Made by a program: the position numbers and the translations under genes
Assembly: GCA_001442985.1 (NCBI GenBank)
Contig: LDYB01000020.1
Location: forward strand, 225,698 to 289,697
Reading direction: 5' to 3'
Length of the DNA: 64,000 bases
Source of the DNA: Armatimonadetes bacterium DC
GTDB taxonomy: Bacteria > Armatimonadota > Fimbriimonadia > Fimbriimonadales > GBS-DC
Shown: piece after piece, positions 1 to 7,853 of the stretch
How the letters are laid out: every line of letters starts with the position of its first letter
Position numbering within the stretch: the stretch's first letter is position 1
Notes under the pieces: generated by a model
What the model saw: only the letters and a program-made list of their open reading frames with translations
Told to the model about the DNA's origin: nothing
Databases searched by the model: none

Positions 1-643
1 GCCCGCGCTCGCCCGCAAACATGGTGCGGTTGTAAAGGGCGCGCTCTGGCAGCTCACGCTCGCTCGAAGAGCGCTCCAGCTCGTAGCCCAGAGGCAACGG
101 CTGCTGACCCACCAGCAGCTGAACCCCGACGCGCTCCACCGAAGGCTCGATATCCCAGATCAACTGCGCATCACGCAACTCCGCCGAGATGCGCTGCGCC
201 CCTGTGGACACATCAAACGCCAGACGCATCTGGGTGCGGGGGTCTATCACATTCGTCTGGCTTATGCGAAAACGGCGCAGCTGAAACCCTTCGTTAGGGC
301 GATTTTCCTGCGAGTCAAACCACTGGAACTGGATGTAGTTGCCCGGACGCGCGCGAAGCGCTTCTGCGAGGTTCGTCTGAATCACGGGGATGGTCTCCTG
401 TGCCTGCTCCTCGATGTAGAGGCGCACCTCTTCCATCTCGCGCTGGAGTGCTTCGAGCTGGCGTTGCAGCTCCTCGATGCGCTGCAGGAGCTCCTGCAAA
501 CGCTGGGGGTCTTGCTGCGAGTTAAAGCCAGCCCGACGGCTTTTTACTACGACGCTCTCACTGACAAAAGTATCTTCTGAAAACCCGACGAAAAGACAAC
601 CCGTCAACAGAGTAACCGAGAGGAACCTCCTTGTGCGACTCAT
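1..643 (-). CDS. Outer-membrane porin-like protein (phosphate-selective porin O/P-like), N-terminal 214 aa; gene continues beyond window start
   Basis: Open minus-strand frame from ATG at 643 to position 1, hand-translated with no stop. AAGGAGG sits 6 nt upstream of the ATG. Signal-peptide-like N-terminus, a coiled-coil segment (LQELLQRIEELQRQLEALQREMEE), then a beta-rich segment (YIQFQWFDSQENRPNEGFQLRRFRISQTNV) typical of Porin_O_P. Not in the ORF track because there is no in-window stop. Confidence 0.5.
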   Translation of the reverse strand, partial: MSRTRRFLSVTLLTGCLFVGFSEDTFVSESVVVKSRRAGFNSQQDPQRLQELLQRIEELQRQLEALQREMEEVRLYIEEQAQETIPVIQTNLAEALRARPGNYIQFQWFDSQENRPNEGFQLRRFRISQTNVIDPRTQMRLAFDVSTGAQRISAELRDAQLIWDIEPSVERVGVQLLVGQQPLPLGYELERSSSERELPERALYNRTMFAGERG

Positions 644-913
644 CCACAGCCTCCTTCTGGTTTTATCGAAGCCCGGCGCAATACACACCCACACTCCTGT
701 TGCACTGAGCTTCGGAATCCGCCCCGCATGGAACTCCCCAGGGCGGTTGCATAAGTGTATGGCAGAGGGCGTTAATGGATGGTTAAGGGTTGTTTAAGAG
801 AATGTTAAAAAGCCCCCTGGAAAGCGAGCAACGGAATCGCACGGTGTTTACGCCAGATGGCTGAACCTGCTCTGTTGCAAAGATACCTTCTGGAACCCAC
901 GATGCCCCCGAAA

Positions 914-1078
914 GAGCGACGGCTAAAGCTGCTCTGTTGCAAAGATCAGGAGATTCAAGGAACAGGACGCGGGAACCGCGTCCCTACTCGTATGCGTAGG
1001 GGCGCGGTCGCCGCGCCCCACGCGGCACAACTCGCTGGGTCAGCAAGCGGAACAAGCATCCTTGCAATAGAGCAGCTA
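914..1078. repeat. Copy A of a ~160-nt GC-rich hairpin-rich intergenic element with imperfect terminal inverted repeats (gctgctctgttgcaa ... ttgcaatagagcagc)
   Basis: About four-fifths identical by eye to 24485..24641. Contains three adjacent hairpins: ggacgcgg-gaa-ccgcgtcc, cctac-tcgtatgc-gtagg and ggggcgcgg-tcg-ccgcgcccc. Lies in a ~710-bp divergent intergenic region. Confidence 0.6.
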
Positions 1079-1098
1079 AAGCCGTTCCTAATAAACAA

Positions 1099-1188
1099 AG
1101 CCAGCCTCCGCTGGCTATAGCCCCCGTTTACGGGGGGTTGGGGGGCTGAGCCGACGCAGGTCGGCTTCGTCTTATAGGAACGGCTTCA
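1099..1188. other. Array of four consecutive short GC hairpins (gccagc-ctcc-gctggc; cccccg-ttta-cggggg; gccgac-gcag-gtcggc; acggc-ttca-gccgt)
   Basis: Perfect short inverted repeats read directly from the sequence. No coding frame and no flanking U tract. Non-coding context upstream of tatA. Confidence 0.4.
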
Positions 1189-1322
1189 GCCGTCAGGGCA
1201 CAGGTTCAAAGACGACACGCCTGTCAAAAAGCCTCTCCCTAAGACTTGAAAGTAGGGGTCTCGGAACGCTCACGCCCCTCTCCTTGCGACAGAGCAGCTT
1301 CCCTTGTCAGGATGAGGGATGG

Positions 1323-1331
1323 GGTATAATA
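1323..1331 (+). promoter_or_regulatory. Extended -10 box GGGTATAAT for tatA; GGAGG SD between box and ATG
   Basis: TATAAT at 1326..1331, GGAGG at 1339..1343, ATG at 1354. Confidence 0.45.
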
Positions 1332-1353
1332 CACGCTGGAGGCTACGAGAACG

Positions 1354-1527
1354 ATGCCGATTTTGGGATACATGGGCACACAGGAGTGGCTGATTCTGCT
1401 GGTGATTGTGCTGGTGCTGTTTGGCGCGTCCCGATTGCCAGCGTTAGCCCGTTCGATTGGTGAGGCGCTCACCGAGTTCCGCCGCGCAACCCGCACCGAC
1501 GACGAAGCCGAACAGCTTAATAAGTGA
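1354..1527 (+). CDS. tatA: Sec-independent protein translocase TatA/E (57 aa)
   Basis: Hand-translated: MPILGYMGTQEWLILLVIVLVLFGASRLPALARSIGEALTEFRRATRTDDEAEQLNK. Shows the TatA TM helix plus amphipathic-helix signature (LFGA.RLP.LARS.G....EF). Missed by the ORF track because it is under 60 aa. Confidence 0.8.
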   Translation: MPILGYMGTQEWLILLVIVLVLFGASRLPALARSIGEALTEFRRATRTDDEAEQLNK

Positions 1528-2456
1528 ACGCCACGATGCGGGCAAGCGGGCACGCCACACACTCGACGCCCCTGCCCGTACTCATCGGCTGGCAGGGCAT
1601 CCAGATTCGGGTGCCCCACGAGTGGTTCCTCAAAGGCTACACAGGCGACTGGAACGACGGCTACATCCAGATTGGCTCGCCAGGTAGCACGGAGATTGAC
1701 ATCAAGTGGGTGCGCTCGCGCCGTCGCACCGACCTGCACTACGTGTTGAGCCAGTTCCTGAAACGCATTGAACGCGCTAAACGCCGCGCGCGCCAGCCCT
1801 ACAGTGGCACGATTAAGCCCCTTGACGAACACACGCTGGAGTTTCGCTGGCAGTCGGACGAGCGCGCGCTGGGACAGATTCGCCGCTACCCCGATTGCCA
1901 CACGATTGCGCTGATTCAGATGCGCACCGCCTCGCGCCATGAGGCGCTCCATCAGCTGGCGCGCCCAATCTTTGACACGCTTTCGGTGAAGCCTGACCCC
2001 GACGGCTGGGTGGTGTGGAGCCTCTACGGGCTATGCACGGCGGTGCCCGAACGGTTTCGGCTGGCAAAGGCGCAGGTGCTTTCGGGGCACACACGCCTCT
2101 TCTTTCGGGCGCGGCGCGAACACCTGCTGATTGAGCGCATCGCCCGCGCCGAGCAACTCATGAAGGGCTATTCGCTCGAAGAGTGGGCGTCGCTCTGGCT
2201 GCGGTGGGGTTCCCTGCGCCGTATGGAGTGCCATCCGCAAAGCGACGGCGCCCTGCGCATGCGCGCGTCCCTGCCCTTCGGGGCGACCGTCGCCGAAGCG
2301 ATTCGCGGGCTGGCAACGCTTCACCGCCCCGCATGGCGCGTGGAAGCCATCGCATGGTTCCAGCCCGAACGCAACGCGGTGTTTCACATTCAGTATCAAA
2401 CCCCGCGTCGCAACACCCTGCTGGAGGAGGTGTACGCTCGCACACGATGCCCCTGA
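1524..2456 (+). CDS. Hypothetical protein (310 aa), no recognisable domain
   Basis: Long ORF overlapping the tatA stop by 4 nt (GTG 1524, or ATG 1536). Its stop (TGA 2454..2456) is 5 nt after the ATG 2447 start of the PqqD-like gene; the alternative ATG 2456 would overlap the stop as TGATG. Codon usage matches its neighbours. Confidence 0.55.
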   Translation: MNATMRASGHATHSTPLPVLIGWQGIQIRVPHEWFLKGYTGDWNDGYIQIGSPGSTEIDIKWVRSRRRTDLHYVLSQFLKRIERAKRRARQPYSGTIKPLDEHTLEFRWQSDERALGQIRRYPDCHTIALIQMRTASRHEALHQLARPIFDTLSVKPDPDGWVVWSLYGLCTAVPERFRLAKAQVLSGHTRLFFRARREHLLIERIARAEQLMKGYSLEEWASLWLRWGSLRRMECHPQSDGALRMRASLPFGATVAEAIRGLATLHRPAWRVEAIAWFQPERNAVFHIQYQTPRRNTLLEEVYARTRCP

Positions 2457-2833
2457 TGCGCCTCTTCCGCAAGCCCAAACCGACCATAGACCGACGCGCC
2501 GTGCTGAAGCTCTACCCCGTTCGCAATCCTGCCGTCGCCTACGAACAGCGCGAGGACGGAACCTGCCTGCTGATTGTGCCCTTCCAGCCGCGCGGAATCG
2601 CACGCCTGCTTAGCAGGATTTTCAAGCTCCCGCGCGAACATAAAATCGAGCTGGATGAGACGGGCACAACGGTGTGGCTGCTCTGCGATGGACAGCACAA
2701 TGTGGAGTCCATCGTCCAGCGGCTGGTGCATCGGTATAAATTAGAGCGACGCGAGGCGGAGTTTTCGCTCTTCGCGTTTTTAAATACGCTTTCGCAACGG
2801 GGCTTTATCGCCTATCTGAAGAAACGACAATGA
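2447..2833 (+). CDS. PqqD-family / RiPP-recognition-element (RRE)-like small protein
   Basis: C-terminal region TVWLLCDGQHNVESIVQRLVHRYKLERREAEFSLFAFLNTLSQRGFIAYL matches the PqqD/RRE pattern (W.L.DG..T...I...L...Y.V....A..D...F...L...G.I). Start ATG 2447 (or ATG 2456). ATGA overlap with the next gene. Confidence 0.6.
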   Translation: MPLMRLFRKPKPTIDRRAVLKLYPVRNPAVAYEQREDGTCLLIVPFQPRGIARLLSRIFKLPREHKIELDETGTTVWLLCDGQHNVESIVQRLVHRYKLERREAEFSLFAFLNTLSQRGFIAYLKKRQ

Positions 2834-3462
2834 GTACGGTACAGCATGCAACGGGCAAGGGCGCAATCCGCAAGCAGGTACAGCTGCCGCTGTCGGTGGC
2901 GTTTCGGATTGCGTTGCTGAACATTCGGGTACGGTTCTTACGGGCGCTGATTACCGCCGCAGGCATTATGCTGGGAATCGCGTTTTTCACGGCGGTGCGC
3001 GCCGCCGCCCTCTATGCGCCCCCGTTAGACCCGAATGACCCCGCCACAATAGAAGCCGCTACCCGCCAGACCTGGCTGGTGGTGATGAGCCTGCTGATGT
3101 CCACCGTTGGCATTTCCAACTCGATGCTGATGGCGGTGACGGAGCGCTATAAGGAGATTGGCACGATGAAGTGTCTCGGCGCGCTGGATTCGTTTATTGT
3201 GAAGCTCTTCTTTCTGGAGTCGGGCTTGCTGGGAGTGGTCGCCTCGTTTATCGGCTTCTTTGTGGGCTGGGGGCTGGTGTTTCTGATCAATCTATTCCGA
3301 CAGGGAAGTGCGGTGTTCTCGGCAGTATCGCTGGGCGCGTTGGGCTGGCTGCTGTTGCAGGCGATGGCGATAGGGGTGCTTCTGACCGTCGTCGCCACCA
3401 TTTTGCCCGCCATCCGCGCCGCGAAGATGCCGCCCGCCGCCGCCCTGCGTGTGGAGGTCTGA
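2830..3462 (+). CDS. ABC transporter permease, single FtsX-like domain (MacB/LolC/DevC-type, short form)
   Basis: TERYKEIGTMKCLGALDSFIVKLFFLESGLLG and C-terminal ILPAIRAAKMPPAAALR are FtsX-domain hallmarks. Four predicted TM helices. Confidence 0.75.
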   Translation: MSTVQHATGKGAIRKQVQLPLSVAFRIALLNIRVRFLRALITAAGIMLGIAFFTAVRAAALYAPPLDPNDPATIEAATRQTWLVVMSLLMSTVGISNSMLMAVTERYKEIGTMKCLGALDSFIVKLFFLESGLLGVVASFIGFFVGWGLVFLINLFRQGSAVFSAVSLGALGWLLLQAMAIGVLLTVVATILPAIRAAKMPPAAALRVEV

Positions 3463-3465
3463 ACG

Positions 3466-4224
3466 ATGGCAACGACGCAAACAAATCAGGGTAGCGAGTT
3501 CGTCGTGCGCGTACGCGATGTGGTCAAAGAGTACCAGATGGGCAAACTCACCGTGCGCGCACTGGATGGGGTTACCCTCGACATCTATCGGGGCGAGTAC
3601 CTCTCCATCATGGGACCCTCTGGCTCTGGCAAAAGCACGCTGTTCAACATGATTGGCGGGCTGGACAAACCCACCAGCGGCTCCGTGTTTATCGACGATG
3701 TGGACATGGCACAGTTAGACCCGCAGGAGCTGGCGTTCCTGCGCTGCCACCGCATCGGCTACATTTTCCAGACTTTTAACCTCATTCCTGTGATGACCGC
3801 GCTGGAGAATGTGACTCTGCCGATGGTGTTCGCGGGCGTTACGGCGGACGAGGCACGCGAGCGCGGGATTGAGCTGCTCACGCTGGTGGGCTTGGGCGGG
3901 CGCCTGCACCACAAGCCAACCGAGCTTTCGGGCGGGCAGCAGCAGCGCGTCGCCATCGCGCGCGCTCTCGCCAATAACCCCTCCATCATCCTCGCCGACG
4001 AACCCACAGGCAACCTGGACCTCAAAACGGGCAAGGAGATTATTGAACTGCTGAAAAAACTCAACAAAGAGCGCGGGGTCACGATTATCTCGGCAACCCA
4101 CGACCTGAAGATGCTGGATATTTCCGACCGCATCGTCTGGATTCGCGACGGCAAGATTGAGCGCGTGGAGCTCCGCAGCGAGCTGGAGCTCAAAGTGGGC
4201 GAAGTGGAAGGCGAAGCGGGCTGA
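3466..4224 (+). CDS. ABC transporter ATP-binding protein (MacB/LolD-like)
   Basis: Walker A GPSGSGKST, signature LSGGQQQRVAIARAL, Walker B ILADEPTGNLD, H-loop ATHD. Confidence 0.9.
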   Translation: MATTQTNQGSEFVVRVRDVVKEYQMGKLTVRALDGVTLDIYRGEYLSIMGPSGSGKSTLFNMIGGLDKPTSGSVFIDDVDMAQLDPQELAFLRCHRIGYIFQTFNLIPVMTALENVTLPMVFAGVTADEARERGIELLTLVGLGGRLHHKPTELSGGQQQRVAIARALANNPSIILADEPTGNLDLKTGKEIIELLKKLNKERGVTIISATHDLKMLDISDRIVWIRDGKIERVELRSELELKVGEVEGEAG

Positions 4225-5114
4225 TGGAAGCCTACATCGATTCGTTTCTGGAGTTTCTGCGGAGCGAGCGGCGCGCCTCGCCCCACACGGTGAACGCCTA
4301 CGCCGTCGACCTGCGCCAGTTTGCCCAGTATCTCCAGCGTTCGGGACGCGCCGAGCCGCACCTGTGGGACGCCAGTCTGTGGGAGGGGTTTATCTATTAC
4401 CTGCGTCGCCGTGCGCTCAGCGAGTCGAGCATCGCCCGCAAGCTCAGCGCCGCCCGCGCGTTTCTGAACTATCTGTATCGCCGCGGCATCCTGACGGAAG
4501 AACCGCCCGACGCACTGGAAACCCCACGCCCCCATCGCGCCCTGCCCGAAACGCTCACCGTGAACGAGGTGCGACGCCTGCTGCTTCAGCCGCCGCTGGA
4601 TACCCCCCACGGACTGCGCGACCGCACGATGCTCGAAACGATGTATACTACGGGCATGCGCGTCTCCGAGCTGCTGGGGCTGCGAACTGGTGATTTGAAT
4701 CTGGCGGACGCGCTGGTGCATGTGCAGGGCAAGCGCGGGCGCGAGAGGCTCTTGCCCCTGCCCGAAACGACCGTCTACTGGATTCAGCGCTATCTGAGCG
4801 ACGCCCGTCCTAAGCTGGTGAACCCCAAACGCCCCTGCGATGCGCTCTTTTTGAACGACCACGGCGCGCCCCTGAGCCGTATCGCTTTCTGGAGCAAAAT
4901 CAAAGCCTACGCCCTCGCCGCAGGCATCACCAAAAACATCTCGCCCCACACCCTGCGCCACTCGTTCGCCGTGCATCTGCTGAACGGGGGCGCCGACCTG
5001 CGCGCGGTGCAGGAACTGCTCGGACACAGCGACATCGCCACCACGCAGATTTACACCCAGGTCAGTCTGGAACGCCTGCGTGAGGTGTACCGCAAAACCC
5101 ACCCGCGCGGTTAA
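4224..5114 (+). CDS. Tyrosine site-specific recombinase XerC/XerD
   Basis: N-terminal SAM-like domain (FLEFLRSERRASPHTVNAYAVDL). Catalytic region LRHSFAVHLLNGGADLRAVQELLGHSDIATTQIYTQV with the nucleophile Tyr. Confidence 0.85.
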   Translation: MEAYIDSFLEFLRSERRASPHTVNAYAVDLRQFAQYLQRSGRAEPHLWDASLWEGFIYYLRRRALSESSIARKLSAARAFLNYLYRRGILTEEPPDALETPRPHRALPETLTVNEVRRLLLQPPLDTPHGLRDRTMLETMYTTGMRVSELLGLRTGDLNLADALVHVQGKRGRERLLPLPETTVYWIQRYLSDARPKLVNPKRPCDALFLNDHGAPLSRIAFWSKIKAYALAAGITKNISPHTLRHSFAVHLLNGGADLRAVQELLGHSDIATTQIYTQVSLERLREVYRKTHPRG

Positions 5115-5132
5115 GGGTATACTCCCTGTGGC

Positions 5133-5645
5133 GTGGCAAAGGTCTACCTGAGTCTGGGGTCTAATCTGGGGGATCGGTTGCAGAATCTGGGGACGGGGGT
5201 ACGGCTTCTGCCGCAGTATGGGGTTATCCCCGTGCAGATTTCGTCGGTCTACGAAACCACACCTGTGGGAGAAACGCCTGATCCGCGTCCCTATCTGAAC
5301 ATCGGTCTCTGGGGGGAAACCGCGCTGGAACCGCTGGCGCTGCTGCAGGCGGTGAAAGCAATCGAGCGGGCGCTGGGGCGCGAACCTGCCCCGCAACGCT
5401 GGCTGCCCCGCACGCTTGATATCGATATCATTCTGTACGATAACCTCTGCATGGAGTCGCCCGAGCTCACGATTCCGCACCCTCGCATGCGCGAGCGCGC
5501 CTTCGTGTTAATCCCCCTCGCTGAAATGACCCCCGACCTCGTGCTACCCGACGGCACGCCGCTTCAAGCGCTTTTGCAAAACCCCGAAATTCAGCGTCAG
5601 GAGGTCAGGCGCTACGATGCCCACCTTTCGTTATCAGGCGGTTGA
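5133..5645 (+). CDS. folK: 2-amino-4-hydroxy-6-hydroxymethyldihydropteridine pyrophosphokinase (HPPK)
   Basis: VYLSLGSNLGDR ... RWLPRTLDIDIILYD ... HPRMRERAFVLIPL are canonical HPPK motifs. GTG start 9 nt after GGGTATACT. Confidence 0.85.
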   Translation: MAKVYLSLGSNLGDRLQNLGTGVRLLPQYGVIPVQISSVYETTPVGETPDPRPYLNIGLWGETALEPLALLQAVKAIERALGREPAPQRWLPRTLDIDIILYDNLCMESPELTIPHPRMRERAFVLIPLAEMTPDLVLPDGTPLQALLQNPEIQRQEVRRYDAHLSLSGG

Positions 5646-6873
5646 TTCGCGCGGGCAGACCAGCACGGGCACGGTTCAGGCGCAGGATGCCCGCGAGGTG
5701 CAGCGCCTTCTGAGCCAGCGCGGGCTGATGGTGCAGCAGGTCGTGCGCGTCCCCGACTCAACGGCGGCGACCGCGCCCGCACAACCTGCTAACATGCCCG
5801 AATGGGAGAGTTCGGAAGTCTCGCCTCACACGATGGGGTTCCTGATGGTGCAGTTGCAGGCGCTGCTGAAAGCGGGCTACAGTGCGGCGGAGGCGTTTCG
5901 GCTGGTGTCAGGGCGCGTGAACCACAAGCCGCTGGATCAGGCGTGCGCTGAGATTGCCGAAAAGGCGGCGCAGGGCGTTCCCATCTCGCAGGCGATGCTG
6001 GCATATCCCCGCCTGTTCCCTGCGTTTGTGGTGGGTGCAATTCAGGCAGGAGAGACAGGGGGCTACCTGCCCGACGCGATTGGGCAACTTGTGGAGTATT
6101 ACGAAAACTGGCGCTCTTTTCGCATGTGGGGCGTGCCCGCAAAGGGATGCTTTCTTATCACCGTGTTGAGCCTGCCGATTGTCGCGCCCTTTGGACTGGG
6201 GCTGATTTACGCCCTGCGCCAGTTCACGGGGTCGGAGGTGGGCAATCCTGCAGCGGGGTTAGGGGTCGTCTTTCAGGGCTGGTGGCAGGCGTTTTTGCAG
6301 ATTGGACTGCCCCTGCTGGTCGGGCTGATTGTAGCGTGGGGCGTGTGGGGACTGGTTAATCGGATGGAGTGGTTTCGCGCGCGCTTCCAGCTGAGGGCGC
6401 CGCTGGTGTGGGGGTACGCCGATTGGGTTCGGGCGCAGTCGCTCCAGATGTTTCTGTATCACCTGTCGCGCCTCTCGGCGTTGGGGCTTGCGCCCGCCTC
6501 GGTATGGGAGCTGGCGGTGCGCACCGTGCCCAACGCGGCAATCGCCAGTAGCCTCGCGGCAGTGAACCTCGCCCGCGGTGAACGCGCCGAACCGCTCGAC
6601 TCCGCCCTCGCGCGCTCTGGCATGTTCCCGCCTGAAGAGGTCGCGCTGGTCACCACAGGCATTCAGTCGGGGCAGGTGGTGGAGATGCTCCAGCGGCTGG
6701 CGGATTACTATCACCAGCGCAGTCAGGATTCGTTCCGCCAGACGCGCATGGGACTGTTGCGAATGGCGGTGTTGATTGGGCTGCTGGGCACGGGGATTGC
6801 GCTGATTCTGATGTATTGGGGCTGGTATGGGCACATGATTCAGTTCGTGGAGGACTGGCTCGGCACGCCATAA
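5617..6873 (+). CDS. Type II secretion / type IV pilus platform protein GspF/PilC-like
   Basis: N-terminus MPTFRYQAVDSRGQTSTGTVQAQDAREVQRLLSQRGLMV is the typical GspF-domain start. Polytopic membrane protein. Overlaps the folK end. Confidence 0.6.
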   Translation: MPTFRYQAVDSRGQTSTGTVQAQDAREVQRLLSQRGLMVQQVVRVPDSTAATAPAQPANMPEWESSEVSPHTMGFLMVQLQALLKAGYSAAEAFRLVSGRVNHKPLDQACAEIAEKAAQGVPISQAMLAYPRLFPAFVVGAIQAGETGGYLPDAIGQLVEYYENWRSFRMWGVPAKGCFLITVLSLPIVAPFGLGLIYALRQFTGSEVGNPAAGLGVVFQGWWQAFLQIGLPLLVGLIVAWGVWGLVNRMEWFRARFQLRAPLVWGYADWVRAQSLQMFLYHLSRLSALGLAPASVWELAVRTVPNAAIASSLAAVNLARGERAEPLDSALARSGMFPPEEVALVTTGIQSGQVVEMLQRLADYYHQRSQDSFRQTRMGLLRMAVLIGLLGTGIALILMYWGWYGHMIQFVEDWLGTP

Positions 6874-6877
6874 AAAA

Positions 6878-6955
6878 ATGGTGGGCGGTGTTGGACTTGA
6901 ACCAACGACCTCCTCGGTGTGAACGAGGCGCTCTGCCACTGAGCTAACCGCCCAC
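6878..6955 (-). tRNA. tRNA-Val (anticodon CAC)
   Basis: The reverse complement folds as a cloverleaf: acceptor GTGGGCG/CGCCCAC, anticodon arm CCTCG-TTCACAC-CGAGG, T-arm GGTTCAAGTCC, encoded CCA. Trailing T-run on the minus strand. Confidence 0.85.
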
Positions 6956-6957
6956 GC

Positions 6958-7042
6958 TGGTGCGCGGGGTGGGACTCGAACCCACACGGGATGCCCCACA
7001 TGGCCCTCAACCATGCGTGTCTACCAATTCCACCACCCGCGC
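6958..7042 (-). tRNA. tRNA-Leu (anticodon GAG), class II with long variable arm
   Basis: Acceptor GCGCGGG/CCCGCGC, D-arm GGAATTGGTAGAC, anticodon arm CATGG-TTGAGGG-CCATG, long variable arm, T-arm GGTTCGAGTCC, encoded CCA. Only 2 nt separate it from tRNA-Val. Confidence 0.85.
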
Positions 7043-7053
7043 GGGGCATGGCA

Positions 7054-7062
7054 ATTATACCC
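7054..7062 (-). promoter_or_regulatory. Extended -10 (GGGTATAAT on minus strand) about 11 nt upstream of the tRNA-Leu 5' end
   Basis: Reverse complement of attataccc at 7054..7062. Confidence 0.4.
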
Positions 7063-7100
7063 TATTCGATACAGGGGTTTGTCAAGGGGTGTTTCCTGTC

Positions 7101-7547
7101 CTACAGACTCAACTCCTGTACCACGACAATCTGCAGTTCCTGCACTCTTTTTAGTTCGGTATCATTGGTTAGGAAGGCGTCGCAGCGACTCTGCAATGCC
7201 GTCGCGATCTGGAGCGCGTCTGGAAGTGTTATTCGGTAACGGGCACGCAACTGCGCCGCAAGAAGCCCTACCTGCTCGTCCTGAAGGACAAACTCCACAT
7301 TCGCGCCGTGAACGATTAAGTCGAAGTAGTCATTTTGCAGCTCGATCAGCCCGCGGAGGCAAGGGTGAACCAAACATTCCGAAAGCGTAATAACGGAAGT
7401 TACGGCGGTAATATGCTCCGCATCTATTGATTGGAAAATGGGCGAAACCGTTGTGTAATAAACAGGGTGTTTTTCCGAGTAGTAAATGACTGGTGCCGTA
7501 TCCAGAAAAAGGCGTGCGACCTTCGACAAAAGCTCTTCTACTCGCAC
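7101..7547 (-). CDS. vapC: PIN-domain ribonuclease toxin VapC
   Basis: LFLDTAPVIYY ... acidic residues typical of PIN. GTG start overlaps the antitoxin stop (GTGcgagTAG). Confidence 0.7.
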   Translation of the reverse strand: MRVEELLSKVARLFLDTAPVIYYSEKHPVYYTTVSPIFQSIDAEHITAVTSVITLSECLVHPCLRGLIELQNDYFDLIVHGANVEFVLQDEQVGLLAAQLRARYRITLPDALQIATALQSRCDAFLTNDTELKRVQELQIVVVQELSL

Positions 7548-7786
7548 TGCGCGTCTCCCAGCCGTTGTTCTCGTGTTAGCGTGGACTCTTGCCTCGTGCG
7601 TGATACCCACTGCTGCGCGTCTTCGCCTGTGAGGGGGTACGGCGCTTTACCTGCGATTTCCGCCCACCGACGGCGAGGGCGCCCTGCCCGAATCCGGCGC
7701 TGGAGGTATTCCATCAGTTCCCGCATCTCGTCGGGGCTGAGGTTTTTGATTTGTTCCATCAAGCGCTCCAGTGTTGGAGTCATCAT
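7538..7786 (-). CDS. Type II antitoxin (VapB-like) partner of VapC
   Basis: 82-aa ORF from ATGATG with SD GAGGGTGAG. Ends overlapping the PIN start. Classic TA arrangement. Confidence 0.55.
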   Translation of the reverse strand: MMTPTLERLMEQIKNLSPDEMRELMEYLQRRIRAGRPRRRWAEIAGKAPYPLTGEDAQQWVSRTRQESTLTREQRLGDAQCE

Positions 7787-7837
7787 TTTCTCACCCTCAA
7801 TCGTATCATGGAGTATACCTCGACCCGCCCTGGGGCA

Positions 7838-7845
7838 GGTATAAT
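7838..7845 (+). promoter_or_regulatory. GGTATAAT -10 box 8 nt before the trpS ATG (leaderless-type promoter)
   Basis: TATAAT at 7840..7845, ATG at 7854, no SD. Confidence 0.5.
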
Positions 7846-7853
7846 TCCCCTCG

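Noticed and set aside
914-1078. Possibility that element A/B is a known housekeeping RNA (tmRNA, SRP RNA, RNase P RNA, 6S RNA)
   Set aside because: No tRNA-like 3' end or CCA, no tag-peptide frame, no SRP domain IV GGAA tetraloop helix in the right context, and no RNase P P4 motifs. The size is also too small for RNase P.
3759-5480. 573-aa ORF on the minus strand antisense to xerC/D-like and folK
   Set aside because: High-GC antisense shadow ORF. The product is low-complexity Arg/Gly/Pro-rich with no motifs. The sense strand encodes two well-supported proteins.
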